DNA of 62,897 nucleotides, filler included, from Octopus bimaculoides (GCF_001194135.2; 5 parts of 4 records of this genome joined end to end with filler, not necessarily neighbours in it), one strand, 5' to 3'. Shown: positions 1-13,820, numbered from the whole stretch's first letter. Translations and numbers: made by a program. The notes: generated by a model not told the origin, from the letters alone.

Positions 1-36
1 TCCCACAAAATTTGCTGTCCTAGTGCCGAAATTTGA

Positions 37-38
<2 letters not shown>
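1..38 (+). mobile_element. 3' tail of tRNA-derived SINE family A, followed by (AAT)n
   Basis: cccacaaaatttgctgtcctagtgccgaaatttgaaa matches the reverse complement of the tails of the copies at 163-1284. Confidence 0.7.
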
Positions 39-69
<31 letters not shown>

Positions 70-162
70 TATTATTATTATTATTATCATTATCGCAAAG
101 CATTTATCCAGCATTCTGTCGTTCCTGCAATAAACATATAACACCAGTACCAATAATGATAA

Positions 163-1284
163 TTCTTTTTATTTTTGGCACAAAGCCACCAATTTTGAGT
201 GCTTATTTTATCGACCTCCAAAGGAAGACAAAAAAAAAAAAAACAAACGACCACAACAGAATTTGAACTAAGAACGTAAGGAATTAGAAGAAATACTGAA
301 GAGCACTTTGCGCAGTGCAGTACCGATTCTGCCAGCCCGCCGCCTTGACAACAACAATAATAATCCATTCTACTATAGACACAAGGTCTGAAATTTCGGT
401 GGAGGAGGCTAGTTGATTACATCAACCCCAGCGCTCAACTGGTACTTATTTCATCGACCCCGAAAGAATAAAAGGCAAAGTTGACCTCTGTGGCATTTGA
501 ATTCAGAACTTAAAGGCGGACGAAATGCCGCTAATAATTTTGTCCGGTGTAGTAATGATTTTTCCAGCACGCTCCTTAATAATATTAATAGTAATATTCC
601 TTCCTACTATAGGCACAAGGTCTGAAATTTTGTGGGAAGGGGCTAGTCGATTACATCGATCCTAGTATTCAACTGACACTAACTTTATTGATTCCGAGAC
701 GGTAAAATGTTAAGGCGACCCCGACAGAGTTTGAACTCAAAGAGTATAGACGGAAGAAATACCACTGAACATTTTTGTCAGGCGTGCTAATGATTCTGCC
801 AGTGCGCCATTTTAGCAATAGTAATAATTGTTTGAAATTTTGACACAAGGCTAGCAATTTTATGGGAGGGATTGAATTGATTACATCGACCCCAGTCCTC
901 CACTGGTACTTATTTTATCTACCTCGAAAGGATGAAAGGCAAAGTCGACCTCGGTAGGATTTGAACTTAGAACGTAAAGACGCTAAGTATTTTGTTCAGT
1001 GCGTTAACGGTTCCGCCAACTCGTTATCTTAACAACAACAGCAAAAACAACAAAAACAACAATAATGATAGTTTCTTTCAAATTTTTGCACAAGGCCAGC
1101 AATTTCAAAGGAGGGGACTAATCGATTACATCGACCCCAGTGCTCAACTGGTACTTATTTTATTAATCTGAAAGGATGAAAGGCAAAGTCATCCTCAGCG
1201 GAATTTGAACTCAGATGTAAAGACGGACGAAATGCCGCTAAGCATCTTCCCGGCGTGCTAACGATTCTGTGAGCTTACCACCTT
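163..1284 (-). mobile_element. Five head-to-tail copies of tRNA-derived SINE family A (approx. 163-346, 363-577, 596-812, 830-1030, 1072-1284)
   Basis: Each copy has a tRNA-like head (ggcggcgagctggcagaatcgttagc ... gttctgagttcaaattcc on the minus strand) and a central cctttcatcctttcggggtcgataaaataagtaccag domain; copies are separated by AAT/AAC repeats. Confidence 0.9.
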
Positions 1285-1285
1285 A

Positions 1286-1342
<57 letters not shown>

Positions 1343-3789
1343 TAATAATAATTTTNNNNNNNNNNNNNNNNNNNNNNNNNNNNNNNNNNNNNNNNNNNNN
1401 NNNNNNNNNNNNNNNNNNNNNNNNNNNNNNNNNNNNNNNNNNNNNNNNNNNNNNNNNNNNNNNNNNNNNNNNNNNNNNNNNNNNNNNNNNNNNNNNNNNN
1501 NNNNNNNNNNNNNNNNNNNNNNNNNNNNNNNNNNNNNNNNNNNNNNNNNNNNNNNNNNNNNNNNNNNNNNNNNNNNNNNNNNNNNNNNNNNNNNNNNNNN
1601 NNNNNNNNNNNNNNNNNNNNNNNNNNNNNNNNNNNNNNNNNNNNNNNNNNNNNNNNNNNNNNNNNNNNNNNNNNNNNNNNNNNNNNNNNNNNNNNNNNNN
1701 NNNNNNNNNNNNNNNNNNNNNNNNNNNNNNNNNNNNNNNNNNNNNNNNNNNNNNNNNNNNNNNNNNNNNNNNNNNNNNNNNNNNNNNNNNNNNNNNNNNN
1801 NNNNNNNNNNNNNNNNNNNNNNNNNNNNNNNNNNNNNNNNNNNNNNNNNNNNNNNNNNNNNNNNNNNNNNNNNNNNNNNNNNNNNNNNNNNNNNNNNNNN
1901 NNNNNNNNNNNNNNNNNNNNNNNNNNNNNNNNNNNNNNNNNNNNNNNNNNNNNNNNNNNNNNNNNNNNNNNNNNNNNNNNNNNNNNNNNNNNNNNNNNNN
2001 NNNNNNNNNNNNNNNNNNNNNNNNNNNNNNNNNNNNNNNNNNNNNNNNNNNNNNNNNNNNNNNNNNNNNNNNNNNNNNNNNNNNNNNNNNNNNNNNNNNN
2101 NNNNNNNNNNNNNNNNNNNNNNNNNNNNNNNNNNNNNNNNNNNNNNNNNNNNNNNNNNNNNNNNNNNNNNNNNNNNNNNNNNNNNNNNNNNNNNNNNNNN
2201 NNNACACACACACACACACACACAGATTCACACATATCAACTGAAAATGAGTACTAGCCGACCGCTAGAGCACCCCTCTCTCCTTTTAGCTGTCGCATCC
2301 TCGATATTTTATTGGAGTAAAAGTGAGAGAACGAAGTGGATGTCTATTCTGTCTCACGATCAGACAGACACCTAAAACATTTACTAAGAGCATGGTACTT
2401 ACTTGCAATTCATACTCACAATCAACATGCTTCTATTGTAGATGTGTGTGTATGTGTGTGTATGTGTGTGTGTGTGTGTTCACGCGCGATGACATGAAAC
2501 CCTGAGTAACGTCAAATTAACGTATGGAGTATATATAGATACATTTATGTATGTATATATGTGTGTGTGTATGTGTGTATATACAGAACGAGAGAATTAC
2601 ACATACGTGGACTTTTATTTGGATGTCTTACCCATCATATGTGTATGCGCGTGAGAAAGAGAGAGAAAGAGAAAGAAAGAGAGTGCCTGTGTGCGTGTGT
2701 GTGTACGTGCAGTGTATGCGTTTGTGTGTGGCAGTGTACGTATTTTTAGAGTCTTTGTAATAAGAGACACACTGGTAAAGAAACAAGAAACAAGAATAAA
2801 ATGTAAATAAATATTATTCAAAAGAAAAAAAAAACAGAAAGCAAACAAACAGAAGAAAACAATAGAATACAATGCGAAAATTAAAAAAAAAAAAAAAGTA
2901 AGGTCTTGAAAGAAAAGAAAAAGTAGGTTAAATAGGGAACAGAATAAGAGGCGAAACTGATGTGGTGCGCCTGTCATGGTTGTTCCTTTGCAATCTTCAT
3001 TCTTCACATAATTATAAATGTGCAACGTTGATATGTAGGACCTCTTCTATTTCACGTAATGGCAGCGGTGGTGCTACNNNNNNNNNNNNNNNNNNNNNNN
3101 NNNNNNNNNNNNNNNNNNNNNNNNNNNNNNNNNNNNNNNNNNNNNNNNNNNNNNNNNNNNNNNNNNNNNNNNNNNNNNNNNNNNNNNNNNNNNNNNNNNN
3201 NNNNNNNNNNNNNNNNNNNNNNNNNNNNNNNNNNNNNNNNNNNNNNNNNNNNNNNNNNNNNNNNNNNNNNNNNNNNNNNNNNNNNNNNNNNNNNNNNNNN
3301 NNNNNNNNNNNNNNNNNNNNNNNNNNNNNNNNNNNNNNNNNNNNNNNNNNNNNNNNNNNNNNNNNNNNNNNNNNNNNNNNNNNNNNNNNNNNNNNNNNNN
3401 NNNNNNNNNNNNNNNNNNNNNNNNNNNNNNNNNNNNNNNNNNNNNNNNNNNNNNNNNNNNNNNNNNNNNNNNNNNNNNNNNNNNNNNNNNNNNNNNNNNN
3501 NNNNNNNNNNNNNNNNNNNNNNNNNNNNNNNNNNNNNNNNNNNNNNNNNNNNNNNNNNNNNNNNNNNNNNNNNNNNNNNNNNNNNNNNNNNNNNNNNNNN
3601 NNNNNNNNNNNNNNNNNNNNNNNNNNNNNNNNNNNNNNNNNNNNNNNNNNNNNNNNNNNNNNNNNNNNNNNNNNNNNNNNNNNNNNNNNNNNNNNNNNNN
3701 NNNNNNNNNNNNNNNNNAGAAGTACAAAATTATCCCTGAACAAGACACCAGTCTGTTAACTTTGGCTTGGTTCACTCCTAAGTGCCACT

Positions 3790-3915
3790 GGTAGACATTT
3801 CCAGCTGAGCGCACTGGAGAAACGCGATATGCTTTGCACAAGGCCACAACGTGCTGTCCGGTTCAAGCATCAGATTCACGATTTAACGATTGTGAGCGCA
3901 AACCCCTAGCCTTCG
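3790..3915 (-). mobile_element. tRNA-derived SINE family C fragment
   Basis: Reverse complement aligns by eye to 8735-8860 (ctcacaatcgt..cgtg..ttgtggccttgtgcaaagc..cgcgtttctccagtgcgctcagctg). Confidence 0.6.
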
Positions 3916-3939
3916 TTTGGGTCTGATTATATATCAACA

Positions 3940-3986
<47 letters not shown>

Positions 3987-4509
3987 ACACACACAAACAC
4001 ACACACACGTGTTCTCCATAGGTTCCTTTTCATCAACTTCATTGGAAATGTTTTGAAATAAACATTGTCACGCTTTGGGAGGATTATTCTGCTTATAAAA
4101 ATAACATACTGGTTGTGATTCACTTATTTATTGTTAATTAGTTAATCAATTTTGTCAAAATCTTTTACCTCCCGACTGCCTAGCTGTCTATCCGCCTGCC
4201 TGCCTGCCTGCTTATAAGTATGCATGCATGCATGTATGTATGTATGTATGTATGTATGTATGTATGTATGTATGTATGTATGTACATGTGTATGTGTGAG
4301 TGTATATGTATATATGGATAGATGGATGTATGCATGATATTCTTTTGAGTTTTAATTTTATTTTTTAAGAGAGTTCAAGCTAACAAAGCGACAAGATTTT
4401 TTGAGTCTAGAGAGTTCCCGGTGTTTGTAATGTGTGGTTGAGTTGGTGTGTTCGTTGAGCTGTCGATGGATATACCCAAATGTATGCATTTATTGACATA
4501 AGAAGCATT

Positions 4510-4830
4510 CATGGAGAACTTTTGGAATGTCTTACAAATCCCCGCTGTGTCACTAATAGAGTGGATTTCGAAAATCCACGCCAGTTTCTTTTGCTCTGTC
4601 TCCGTGAAACCGAGTATTTCTAAGTTTTTGTACAAATCTTTTGGTACATCTAATGCACTTACGATGATAGGTGCATATGAGAATTTATAGTCTGCGCACA
4701 AGAGCTGTAAGTTTCGCATTAATCCGCCATAAATGTTCTCTTTTTTTTTCATCTGGACATTCACATCAGATCTCCTCAGTGAAACATAGTACGACTATTT
4801 ATTATCTTTCGGTTAAGTATTATGTATACA
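4510..4830 (-). mobile_element. Non-LTR retrotransposon remnant, C-terminal restriction-like endonuclease (RLE) region (R4/Dong-NeSL group)
   Basis: ORF 4375..4764 reads KKENIYGGLMRNLQLLCADYKFSYAPIIVSALDVPKDLYKNLEILGF...DTAGICKTFQKF, the K..Y..L / PIIVGALG.P / GT..ICK.F pattern ending RLE-type LINE ORFs. Confidence 0.7.
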
Positions 4831-5203
4831 AATATAACCAGATGTGATGCAATTTATTGCAGATGGCTGCAAATTGACATTAGCAAAATAATGATACATG
4901 ATTCGTCCGGTCGTGTAGATGGTTGTGCATGTGTAACAAACTGTCTATGAAACCTAGCCATGCCAACTCGATGTACAAGTAGCACTTTACTATACAATGT
5001 ACAAGTAGCACTTTGGATGTCTCATCAGTGCGGGAGGATTGTCAATGGCTAGTATATAGTATTTTGTTATCACGTGAATTTTTATATAATTTTTAATAAA
5101 TGCGGCATGTATGTATGTATGTATGTATGTATGCACACATACATGTACGCATAAATAGACACATGTATACATATTCACATAGCTACCTTGCTAGATAGGC
5201 AAA

Positions 5204-5228
5204 GACAGACAGATAGATAGATAGATAA

Positions 5229-5292
<64 letters not shown>

Positions 5293-5305
5293 GTAGGTAG
5301 ATAGG

Positions 5306-5337
<32 letters not shown>

Positions 5338-5400
5338 GAGATAGATAGATAGATAGATAGGTAGGTAGATAGGTAGATAGATAGATAGATAGATAGATAG
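5204..5400. repeat. (GATA)n/(GGTA)n microsatellite running into a gap
   Basis: Direct tandem repeat. Confidence 0.95.
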
Positions 5401-5770
5401 NNNNNNNNNNNNNNNNNNNNNNNNNNNNNNNNNNNNNNNNNNNNNNNNNNNNNNNNNNNNNNNNNNNNNNNNNNNNNNNNNNNNNNNNNNNNNNNNNNNN
5501 NNNNNNNNNNNNNNNNNNNNNNNNNNNNNNNNNNNNNNNNNNNNNNNNNNNNNNNNNNNNNNNNNNNNNNNNNNNNNNNNNNNNNNNNNNNNNNNNNNNN
5601 NNNNNNNNNNNNNNNNNNNNNNATTTACAAATAATACACAAAATGTTTGTTTTTGTACTAGAGATGTTCTATGTTTATTTAACTCTCTCGGCAATTCCTC
5701 AGCAATTCATTGTCACTTTTTTCTCTTCTTCAGTACTCACACATACACATAGGCATGAGCGCGCACACAT

Positions 5771-5806
<36 letters not shown>

Positions 5807-6299
5807 ACACACACACACACAGAGTCTCCCTCTACGCAGACGCACACACGTTTGCAGATTTTCTTCTACTACATATATAAGTGTATGTGTATGTGCATGT
5901 GCGCATGTGTGTATGTGCATGTGTTTGCGTGAGTATGTGCTTGTGTGTGTGTGTATGTGCCTGCGCACGCGCGTGTATGTGCTTACGTGTGCTTACGTAT
6001 GTGCGCGTGTGTTTGTTATGTGCGTGCGTGTGTGTTCCTCCTGACAAGCACTTGTAGAAGAAACTAAAAGATGTCAACACGGATGTAAAATCATTATTTA
6101 CGCCGTTTCTCTATTTAATGTTCTTCACGTGTGTCTGGAACGTGTCTAGTGTTGTGTGTGTGTGTGTGTGTGCGCGCGCGCTAGTTTGTATATGTGTTGT
6201 GGTCGCTTTGAATGTTTAGGTGTTCGCTCTAGACTAAGAAATTGGCAACTTACTCAAACGCCGCTCTCCATTGACACGTAATCAATGACGTAGAACCTT

Positions 6300-6445
6300 T
6301 TTACGCCTACGAAAAAGCAGGGATATTCTCAATAATATAATCTAGGATAAACTATTTCGGGAAAGATGGGATGGTTACGGATAGAATGTCTTTGATCATG
6401 GATCAGCTCAACCAGGGGTTAAGTAACAACAATAACAACACCAGC
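6300..6445 (+). mobile_element. Dispersed repeat family D (SINE-like, (CAA)n tail); related copies at about 9425-9660, 10150-10270 and 40540-40735
   Basis: Shared core gatgggatggttacg..tagaatg.ctttgatcat recurs in diverged form. Confidence 0.55.
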
Positions 6446-6472
6446 ACTTCACCGTAGATACACGCTTCAAAG

Positions 6473-6547
<75 letters not shown>

Positions 6548-6584
6548 GTCTGTCTGTCTGTCTGTCTATCTATATAACCGTTTC

Positions 6585-6800
6585 AATCACTGAACTGCAG
6601 CCATACTGGGGTACCGCCTTGAAGGGTTTTAGTCGAACAAATTGACCTCAGTACTTTTGTAAGGCTGCCACTTATTATATCGGTCTATTTTTGTGAACCG
6701 CTGAGTTACGAGGACGTATACAAGTCAATATCGGTTGTCGATCGGTGTGGAGAACCAAGTACAGATACAAAGACATATACACGCGTGCGCACACACACAC
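6585..6800 (-). mobile_element. 3' half of SINE family B
   Basis: ttcaatcactgaactgcagccatactgggg.accgccttgaagggttttagtcgaacaaattgacc is the reverse complement of the tail at 30905-31000. Confidence 0.8.
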
Positions 6801-8734
6801 ACACACACACAAACACACGTACACACAGAGTAGTGCAAAGCATGTAATAAATTCCTGGTAAATGATCTAGTTCCGATTTCTGGTGGAAACTCATTCAGGT
6901 TTCAGCTGCGTTTAATTAACTGAGAGTACTGTACATGACCAAAATCCCTACACTCACCCTTTGTGACGCATATACATCGCAGAGGACACTAAAAATGTGG
7001 AATATAAATAAAGGTATAAGATAAAAGCAAGAGAAAACGGGGACGAGATGAAGAGAGATTTTTTAAATTTGACAAAGTGAAAACATCTTATTTTATTTTT
7101 AAATTATAGATTAACAAACTACAAACAAAACCATTTCTTTGGAATGGCATGTTATTATGTTCACAAAATGACTTAAAAGCTTGATATTTAGCTCTGATTT
7201 TCGCATTTTGAAATCAGTTAAAGTTAACTGATATTCCTAATATAACTTATAAAGGTAAGAATTCTTGAACAACTATCGATAACCAGTACAGACTGAAACT
7301 GACAAGGTTTTCAGTGATGAATCTTCTGGTTGGTGCAGGGTGCATTCTGTTGCCTCCTTCAAGTAATTTTTACGATTTTAATTAGCGACATCGTTATGTG
7401 ATTGACATTCGTTAATGAAAAAAAAAAAAGAAAGAACTCGATTAAAGATAAATGAGATGTAGCAAAAATAATCAAGTTTAACAGAACCAGAATCAAAAGA
7501 CCTGATAAGCCCCAGGCCAGAATGTCCAAATAGCTTCTTACTCATGACATTTAAATACTTTGGCAGTGAGGAGGAAATTCTTCAAATAAACACAGATTCA
7601 CACAAGATAGATATCTTTGGGTAACTAAACGAATAGTTACTCAGACTGTTGATGTCATTCTAATCTTTGATAATGTTTGATGGAAATATTTCTAACATTT
7701 TGATTACTGACGTGTGTTTTATTTCACAAATATTTTTATGTTTACAGTTTTGTTTTTTGGCTTATGGAAAATAGGATTTTGGGAGAGGTGGAGATGAGGA
7801 ACGAAATAATCTGGCTTTTTTTATTATTAAAAACAAAATAAAATAGAATATTATAAAAGGATTGTAGCAAAATTTCTGCGTAAGGATGATGAGGTGGAAA
7901 AGATACTTAACTCCACATCACAAAATATTGTATTGCAGAAAAAAAAATTTAGATGCAAGATTGTTGATAGCTTAGTCGCAAGTACAAAGGAAGTAGAAGC
8001 GATGTGGGGGAAGAGACAGTGACAAAAGAAGAAAAACGACTCAATGGTGGTGGGAAAAAATGGTGACTTCGTGGTCTTAAAAGAGTGACACCTATTTTAT
8101 TTTTATTATTAATTTGTTTGTTTATATTACTACTTATGTATTCATTGTAGAGGGGAAGGAGTTTTGTCTCTTGTATTCCACGTAAACCGATTAAATGAAA
8201 ACCATAAGTCAGACAAAACAGACTGGCTGTATTCTTTTGTGTAAGGCATTAGAAACACAAACAGGGGGAGCTCAAAGACAAATATTTTTATAGTAACAGA
8301 ACGGAAAGGTCTTCTTTCTCATTTCCCTCCTACTCCTGTCCTCCCCTTTCTCTATTTTTTCTTACTGTTTTCCACTCTGTTTTGTTATATTAAAAAGAGG
8401 AAGGATGAATGAAAATGTAAGCTGGAAGTAACTGTATACTTAATTCTCGATATTTTGTGGAGAAGGGCAAGCTAAAGGAGAAGACGAAAATTTATCATGC
8501 TGCTTAAAAATATAAAAATTGAAAAAGTTGTTTGAGTTGATAAAATGTTTCACACTAATTAAGTTGAAACAAAAACTAAAGTGGACTGGATCGAAGAATT
8601 TCAGACGTTTCTCAGACAAGATTTTGTCACGATTTCAAGCAATCGCTTACATAAGTATGAACCCTGAATCATTTTTTCTGAGTAGAAAAATAAAATGTAG
8701 GAATGAGAAATTATTCTTAGGAAAGTAAGGTGCC

Positions 8735-8960
8735 TCTAGTGTTTGTTTAGGGTGCCGCACTCACCATCGCAGGGTCGTAGTTTCGATTTCCGACCGTGCG
8801 GTGCGTTGTGTACTTGAGCAAATTCCTTCATTTCACGTTGCTCCACTTCATTCAGCTGTGCGCCAGACTGGCGTTCCATCCATGAGGAGTGTTGTGATTT
8901 CAATCACTTATACGCCATCAAAACCGTGTGATCGGCCCTACGAGTCCTATGACTCGAGAC
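8735..8960 (+). mobile_element. tRNA-derived SINE family C, diverged
   Basis: B-box-like gtttcgatttcc followed by tgtgtacttgagcaa..catttcacgttgctcca; homologous to 3790-3915. Confidence 0.6.
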
Positions 8961-9751
8961 TATAATGTCCAGATGTTATTGTTGATGATGGTGTATTTAG
9001 TTACGTCCTTTACTTCTGAGTTCAAATCTCACTTAGCTGTTCATTCATCGACCTCAACATTTATTTGTCTAGCACTTTATCTTAATAAATACTGAGGTCG
9101 ATTTAAACGACTACACTCTTCTCTACAAATTCGAGGATTTGTGCCTATGAAGAAATAAATAAGTACATAACACCGTAACGTGCAGTCAAACTTTCGGTAG
9201 TTGTTTCGCTTTTGTTTACGGAACAGAAGAATCGTTAATTTACATACATTTCTTCACTCCACATAGGCGTTGTGATTAAGTGAAACGAGACTAAATGACT
9301 GAATTTCAGATAAAACAAAGTGGTGATATATGTCAGCCAATGTTTACAGTCTGCCACGGTGGCGACATTTCTTGTCAGTTACAAGTATCAGCTGAATAGT
9401 TTGTAAAAGTCATTCACAGTATAACATGCAGCATCTACGAGATCGTCCAAAATGCTAGAAATAGTAACCAAAGTCAACCCCCACCTCACCTCCCGAAAAA
9501 TCACAACTTACTTAAATAAGGAACGGGTTCATTAAATAATTTAGTCCAGCATGGGCCTAAAAAAAAAGTCGTGATTGTTACGGTTGGAAAGTATTGATCA
9601 CATGGCTGATCGATAACGGTTAGACTGGGATCAAATAACAACAGTGACAACAACAATGACAGCAGCAACAACAGCAACAATCAGTTCCGATTATATTGCA
9701 TATTCCAAAGCTTCATTAAAGGAAATTTTTGTTTCTTTTACATAGGTGATA

Positions 9752-9752
9752 A

Positions 9753-9830
<78 letters not shown>

Positions 9831-9863
9831 CCTACCTACCTACCTACCTACCTACCTACCTAC

Positions 9864-9918
<55 letters not shown>

Positions 9919-9920
9919 CC
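9752..9920. repeat. (TCTA)n/(CCTA)n compound microsatellite
   Basis: Direct tandem repeat. Confidence 0.95.
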
Positions 9921-10267
9921 TATGTGTGTGTGATTTGATGACTAAATTTGGATGTGCAGGGTTCAACTCTGCAGTACTTAAAATTATTTTATCAAACATT
10001 GTGGGAACATCCGACGCACTTATAATTCCGCCTGTCTCATCACCCAAAATTTGCAACCGGGGTAGTTACTACGATGCTGCAAGATTATTAGGGGGAAAAA
10101 AAATCCTAACTCATCCTCGAAATATATCGAACCGTTTAAAAGAATAAAACACCCACATAGTTTATGGAAGCGATGTATATAAACAAATGTTGAAGATAAG
10201 GGACATGATAGTCACGACTGAAATACCTTTAATGCTATGTCTGCTGGATCAAGGCTGAAGCAAGATT

Positions 10268-10313
<46 letters not shown>

Positions 10314-10724
10314 TTGCATAGACACAAAGGTCGTATCATATGGAGGACATGATGAGTTACCTGTGGCATTTATGCCACTTGCAATCTAAGAATAATTTAC
10401 ACACACATCCGTAACCAGAGACTGAAACCGTTTCATCGCCTCAACAGGTGAAATTCCCTTCTTTTGCTTTGGCACGTGTTATAAAGCATAACTTTCATAT
10501 AAAAGGAGAAAAGCTCAAACTAACCTTACAATATAACTGATAATTCTTTTTTATAATATCTTCTGGCCTCATTTCTCTTCCCTCTTTTCTGTTTATCACT
10601 CTATTTCATACATGTCTTATTCATCACAATAACATCTGCCAGTCCCCACTCGGGACATTCCCTTAACTGCGTTCGGACATTGTTATATTTTTGTCTTCTC
10701 TTACACCTATTTACTTGTTTCAGT

Positions 10725-11046
10725 TATTGGACTGCGGCTACACTAGGGCATCACAATAGATCCTAGTATTTTAGGTTTGGTACTTATTCTATCAACTACT
10801 ATTCTCGAACCGCTAAGTTACGATGACGTAAAGAACGGTTGTCAAGCGGTTGTCACGCGCGCGCAAACACACATTCATATATACATATACATTAAGGGGC
10901 TTCCGTCTTCCAAATTCACTCCTAAGGCATTGATCGATACGGGGCCACAAGAGAAGACACTTTCTCAAGTTGCCGTGCAGTGGGATTGAACCCGAAACCA
11001 TGTGGCTACAAAGCAAGCTTTTTAATCGCACAGTTCTACCTATGCC
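10725..11046 (-). mobile_element. SINE family B, internally deleted
   Basis: tRNA-like head (gggattgaacccgaaaccatgtgg = reverse B box) plus body shared with 30680-31000. Confidence 0.8.
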
Positions 11047-11066
11047 AGACTTATATATAATTATTA

Positions 11067-11275
11067 ATTTCAAATTTTGGCTCAAGGCCAGTACTTTCGG
11101 GTGAATGTCGATTACATAGACCCTCGCAACCCTAGTACCCAAATGGTACTTATTTTACCGACCCCCGTAAGGGTGAAAGGTAAAGTTGACCACGACAGAA
11201 TTTGAACTCAGAAGGTAAATGTCGCAAAGCATTTTGCCCCGGCGTGCTAACGAGTCAGCCAACTCGCTGCCTTAC
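11067..11275 (-). mobile_element. SINE family A
   Basis: Same head, central domain and tail as the copies at 163-1284. Confidence 0.85.
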
Positions 11276-11770
11276 ATATATAATTATTATTGTAACGTCA
11301 CTGAAGACCACGACTTAGAATTTATTTGTAACTTCATTGTAATAATATTAAGGCGTTAATTCCTATCGAAATTCAGCACATATCTACTTGCTGACTCCCC
11401 GAGTCAGAATATGATGAGATCAATGAGTAGAAGTCTTCAACAGTTTCAGATAGTCATGATGAGAAAACAATCGAGCATTTTTATACACATGTGTCTTCCT
11501 GTTTATGCGAGCATGTTATGTTATCAATATGCAGTTTGTCAATTTTAGAATTGTTTATCCACACACAAATGTGTGTGATGGGCGATACGTGCGAACGTGC
11601 AGTTGAGTGCGAACGTGCAGTTGAGTGCGAATGCGTATGCACAACTTGCACAGACAGTATGTCTAAGCATGCATAAACACACGCACGTCTCACCCGAAAC
11701 AAAAGCATATACTCGTGCATGCAGGTAGGTACATATATGCACACACGTACACGCACACACACACACACAC

Positions 11771-11819
<49 letters not shown>

Positions 11820-13381
11820 NNNNNNNNNNNNNNNNNNNNNNNNNNNNNNNNNNNNNNNNNNNNNNNNNNNNNNNNNNNNNNNNNNNNNNNNNNNNNNNNN
11901 NNNNNNNNNNNNNNNNNNNNNNNNNNNNNNNNNNNNNNNNNNNNNNNNNNNNNNNNNNNNNNNNNNNNNNNNNNNNNNNNNNNNNNNNNNNNNNNNNNNN
12001 NNNNNNNNNNNNNNNNNNNNNNNNNNNNNNNNNNNNNNNNNNNNNNNNNNNNNNNNNNNNNNNNNNNNNNNNNNNNNNNNNNNNNNNNNNNNNNNNNNNN
12101 NNNNNNNNNNNNNNNNNNNNNNNNNNNNNNNNNNNNNNNNNNNNNNNNNNNNNNNNNNNNNNNNNNNNNNNNNNNNNNNNNNNNNNNNNNNNNNNNNNNN
12201 NNNNNNNNNNNNNNNNNNNNNNNNNNNNNNNNNNNNNNNNNNNNNNNNNNNNNNNNNNNNNNNNNNNNNNNNNNNNNNNNNNNNNNNNNNNNNNNNNNNN
12301 NNNNNNNNNNNNNNNNNNNNNNNNNNNNNNNNNNNNNNNNNNNNNNNNNNNNNNNNNNNNNNNNNNNNNNNNNNNNNNNNNNNNNNNNNNNNNNNNNNNN
12401 NNNNNNNNNNNNNNNNNNNNNNNNNNNNNNNNNNNNNNNNNNNNNNNNNNNNNNNNNNNNNNNNNNNNNNNNNNNNNNNNNNNNNNNNNNNNNNNNNNNN
12501 NNNNNNNNNNNNNNNNNNNNNNNNNNNNNNNNNNNNNNNNNNNNNNNNNNNNNNNNNNNNNNNNNNNNNNNNNNNNNNNNNNNNNNNNNNNNNNNNNNNN
12601 NNNNNNNNNNNNNNNNNNNNNNNNNNNNNNNNNNNNNNNNNNNNNNNNNNNNNNNNNNNNNNNNNNNNNNNNNNNNNNNNNNNNNNNNNNNNNNNNNNNN
12701 NNNNNNNNNNNNNNNNNNNNNNNNNNNNNNNNNNNNNNNNNNNNNNNNNNNNNNNNNNNNNNNNNNNNNNNNNNNNNNNNNNNNNNNNNNNNNNNNNNNN
12801 NNNNGAGAGGGGGGAGGGGGGAGGGGGAGAGAGAGAAACAGAGACAGAGAGAAACAGATAGACAAATAGACAGACCGACAGACGGACAGATAGTTAGCTA
12901 GCTATCAGCTAGCTAGCTAGCTAGATAGATAGATAGACATACATACATACATACATACATACATACACACATACATACACACATACATACATATATATAT
13001 ATATAATACATATACATATTTATACATGTATATGCAAGTATACATATGTGTACACATACATAAACATACACGCACATATTCTGTTTCTCCTTTTCGAGAG
13101 GGCATCAAGAAAATCAGTGTTGCCTTCAATAACAAATCATTACACACACACACACACACACGTCTGTCTATGTATACGTGAACGTACGTGTATGCCTATG
13201 TGCATGTGTATGAATGTGCATGTATGTGTACGTGTATGTATGCTTACATTTCAACAGATGGCTCTTCATGAATAAATACATGTGGATATATAGAAAACGA
13301 GATACACAGACGGCGTAATGCATTTCAAACAAAAGTAAGGCAAAAAAATGACAAAAAAGATTAAAAAAGTCGAAACAAAAA

Positions 13382-13448
<67 letters not shown>

Positions 13449-13560
13449 TGTATACACACCTACATATATACATACATACTTGCATATATATATATATTAT
13501 TTAGATTATATATATANNNNNNNNNNNNNNNNNNNNNNNNNNNNNNNNNNNNNNNNNNNN

Positions 13561-13572
13561 TTAATTAATTAA
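13561..13572. other. Artificial TTAATTAATTAA gap spacer (also 28001, 35344, 57854)
   Basis: Identical 12-mer centred in ~100-nt N blocks four times. Confidence 0.9.
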
Positions 13573-13820
13573 NNNNNNNNNNNNNNNNNNNNNNNNNNNN
13601 NNNNNNNNNNNNNNNNTATATATATATATATATATATATATCTATATATATATATACATATTTGTTTTGCAAGATTTTTGATGTGAAATTGTGTGTTGAA
13701 ACAGATGTTGTTGTACTTGGGGATGGTCATATTGCCAGTTTAGCCAATAAAAACACACGCACTGTATATTTGGTGTTAATTTGCTTCAGCTTTATATTAC
13801 ATTAATCTTAATCTTATTTC

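Noticed and set aside
5015-5035. Other CTGATGA cores (5022 minus, 15866, 22504, 24213, 55888)
   Set aside because: None has a stem II closed by GAAA plus an NUH and stem I, so they are not hammerheads
6235-6275. Minus-strand donor-like ga|gtaagt after ATGGAGAGCGGCGTTTGA
   Set aside because: The reading frame is a 5-codon micro-ORF with no supporting acceptor or homology, which is insufficient evidence
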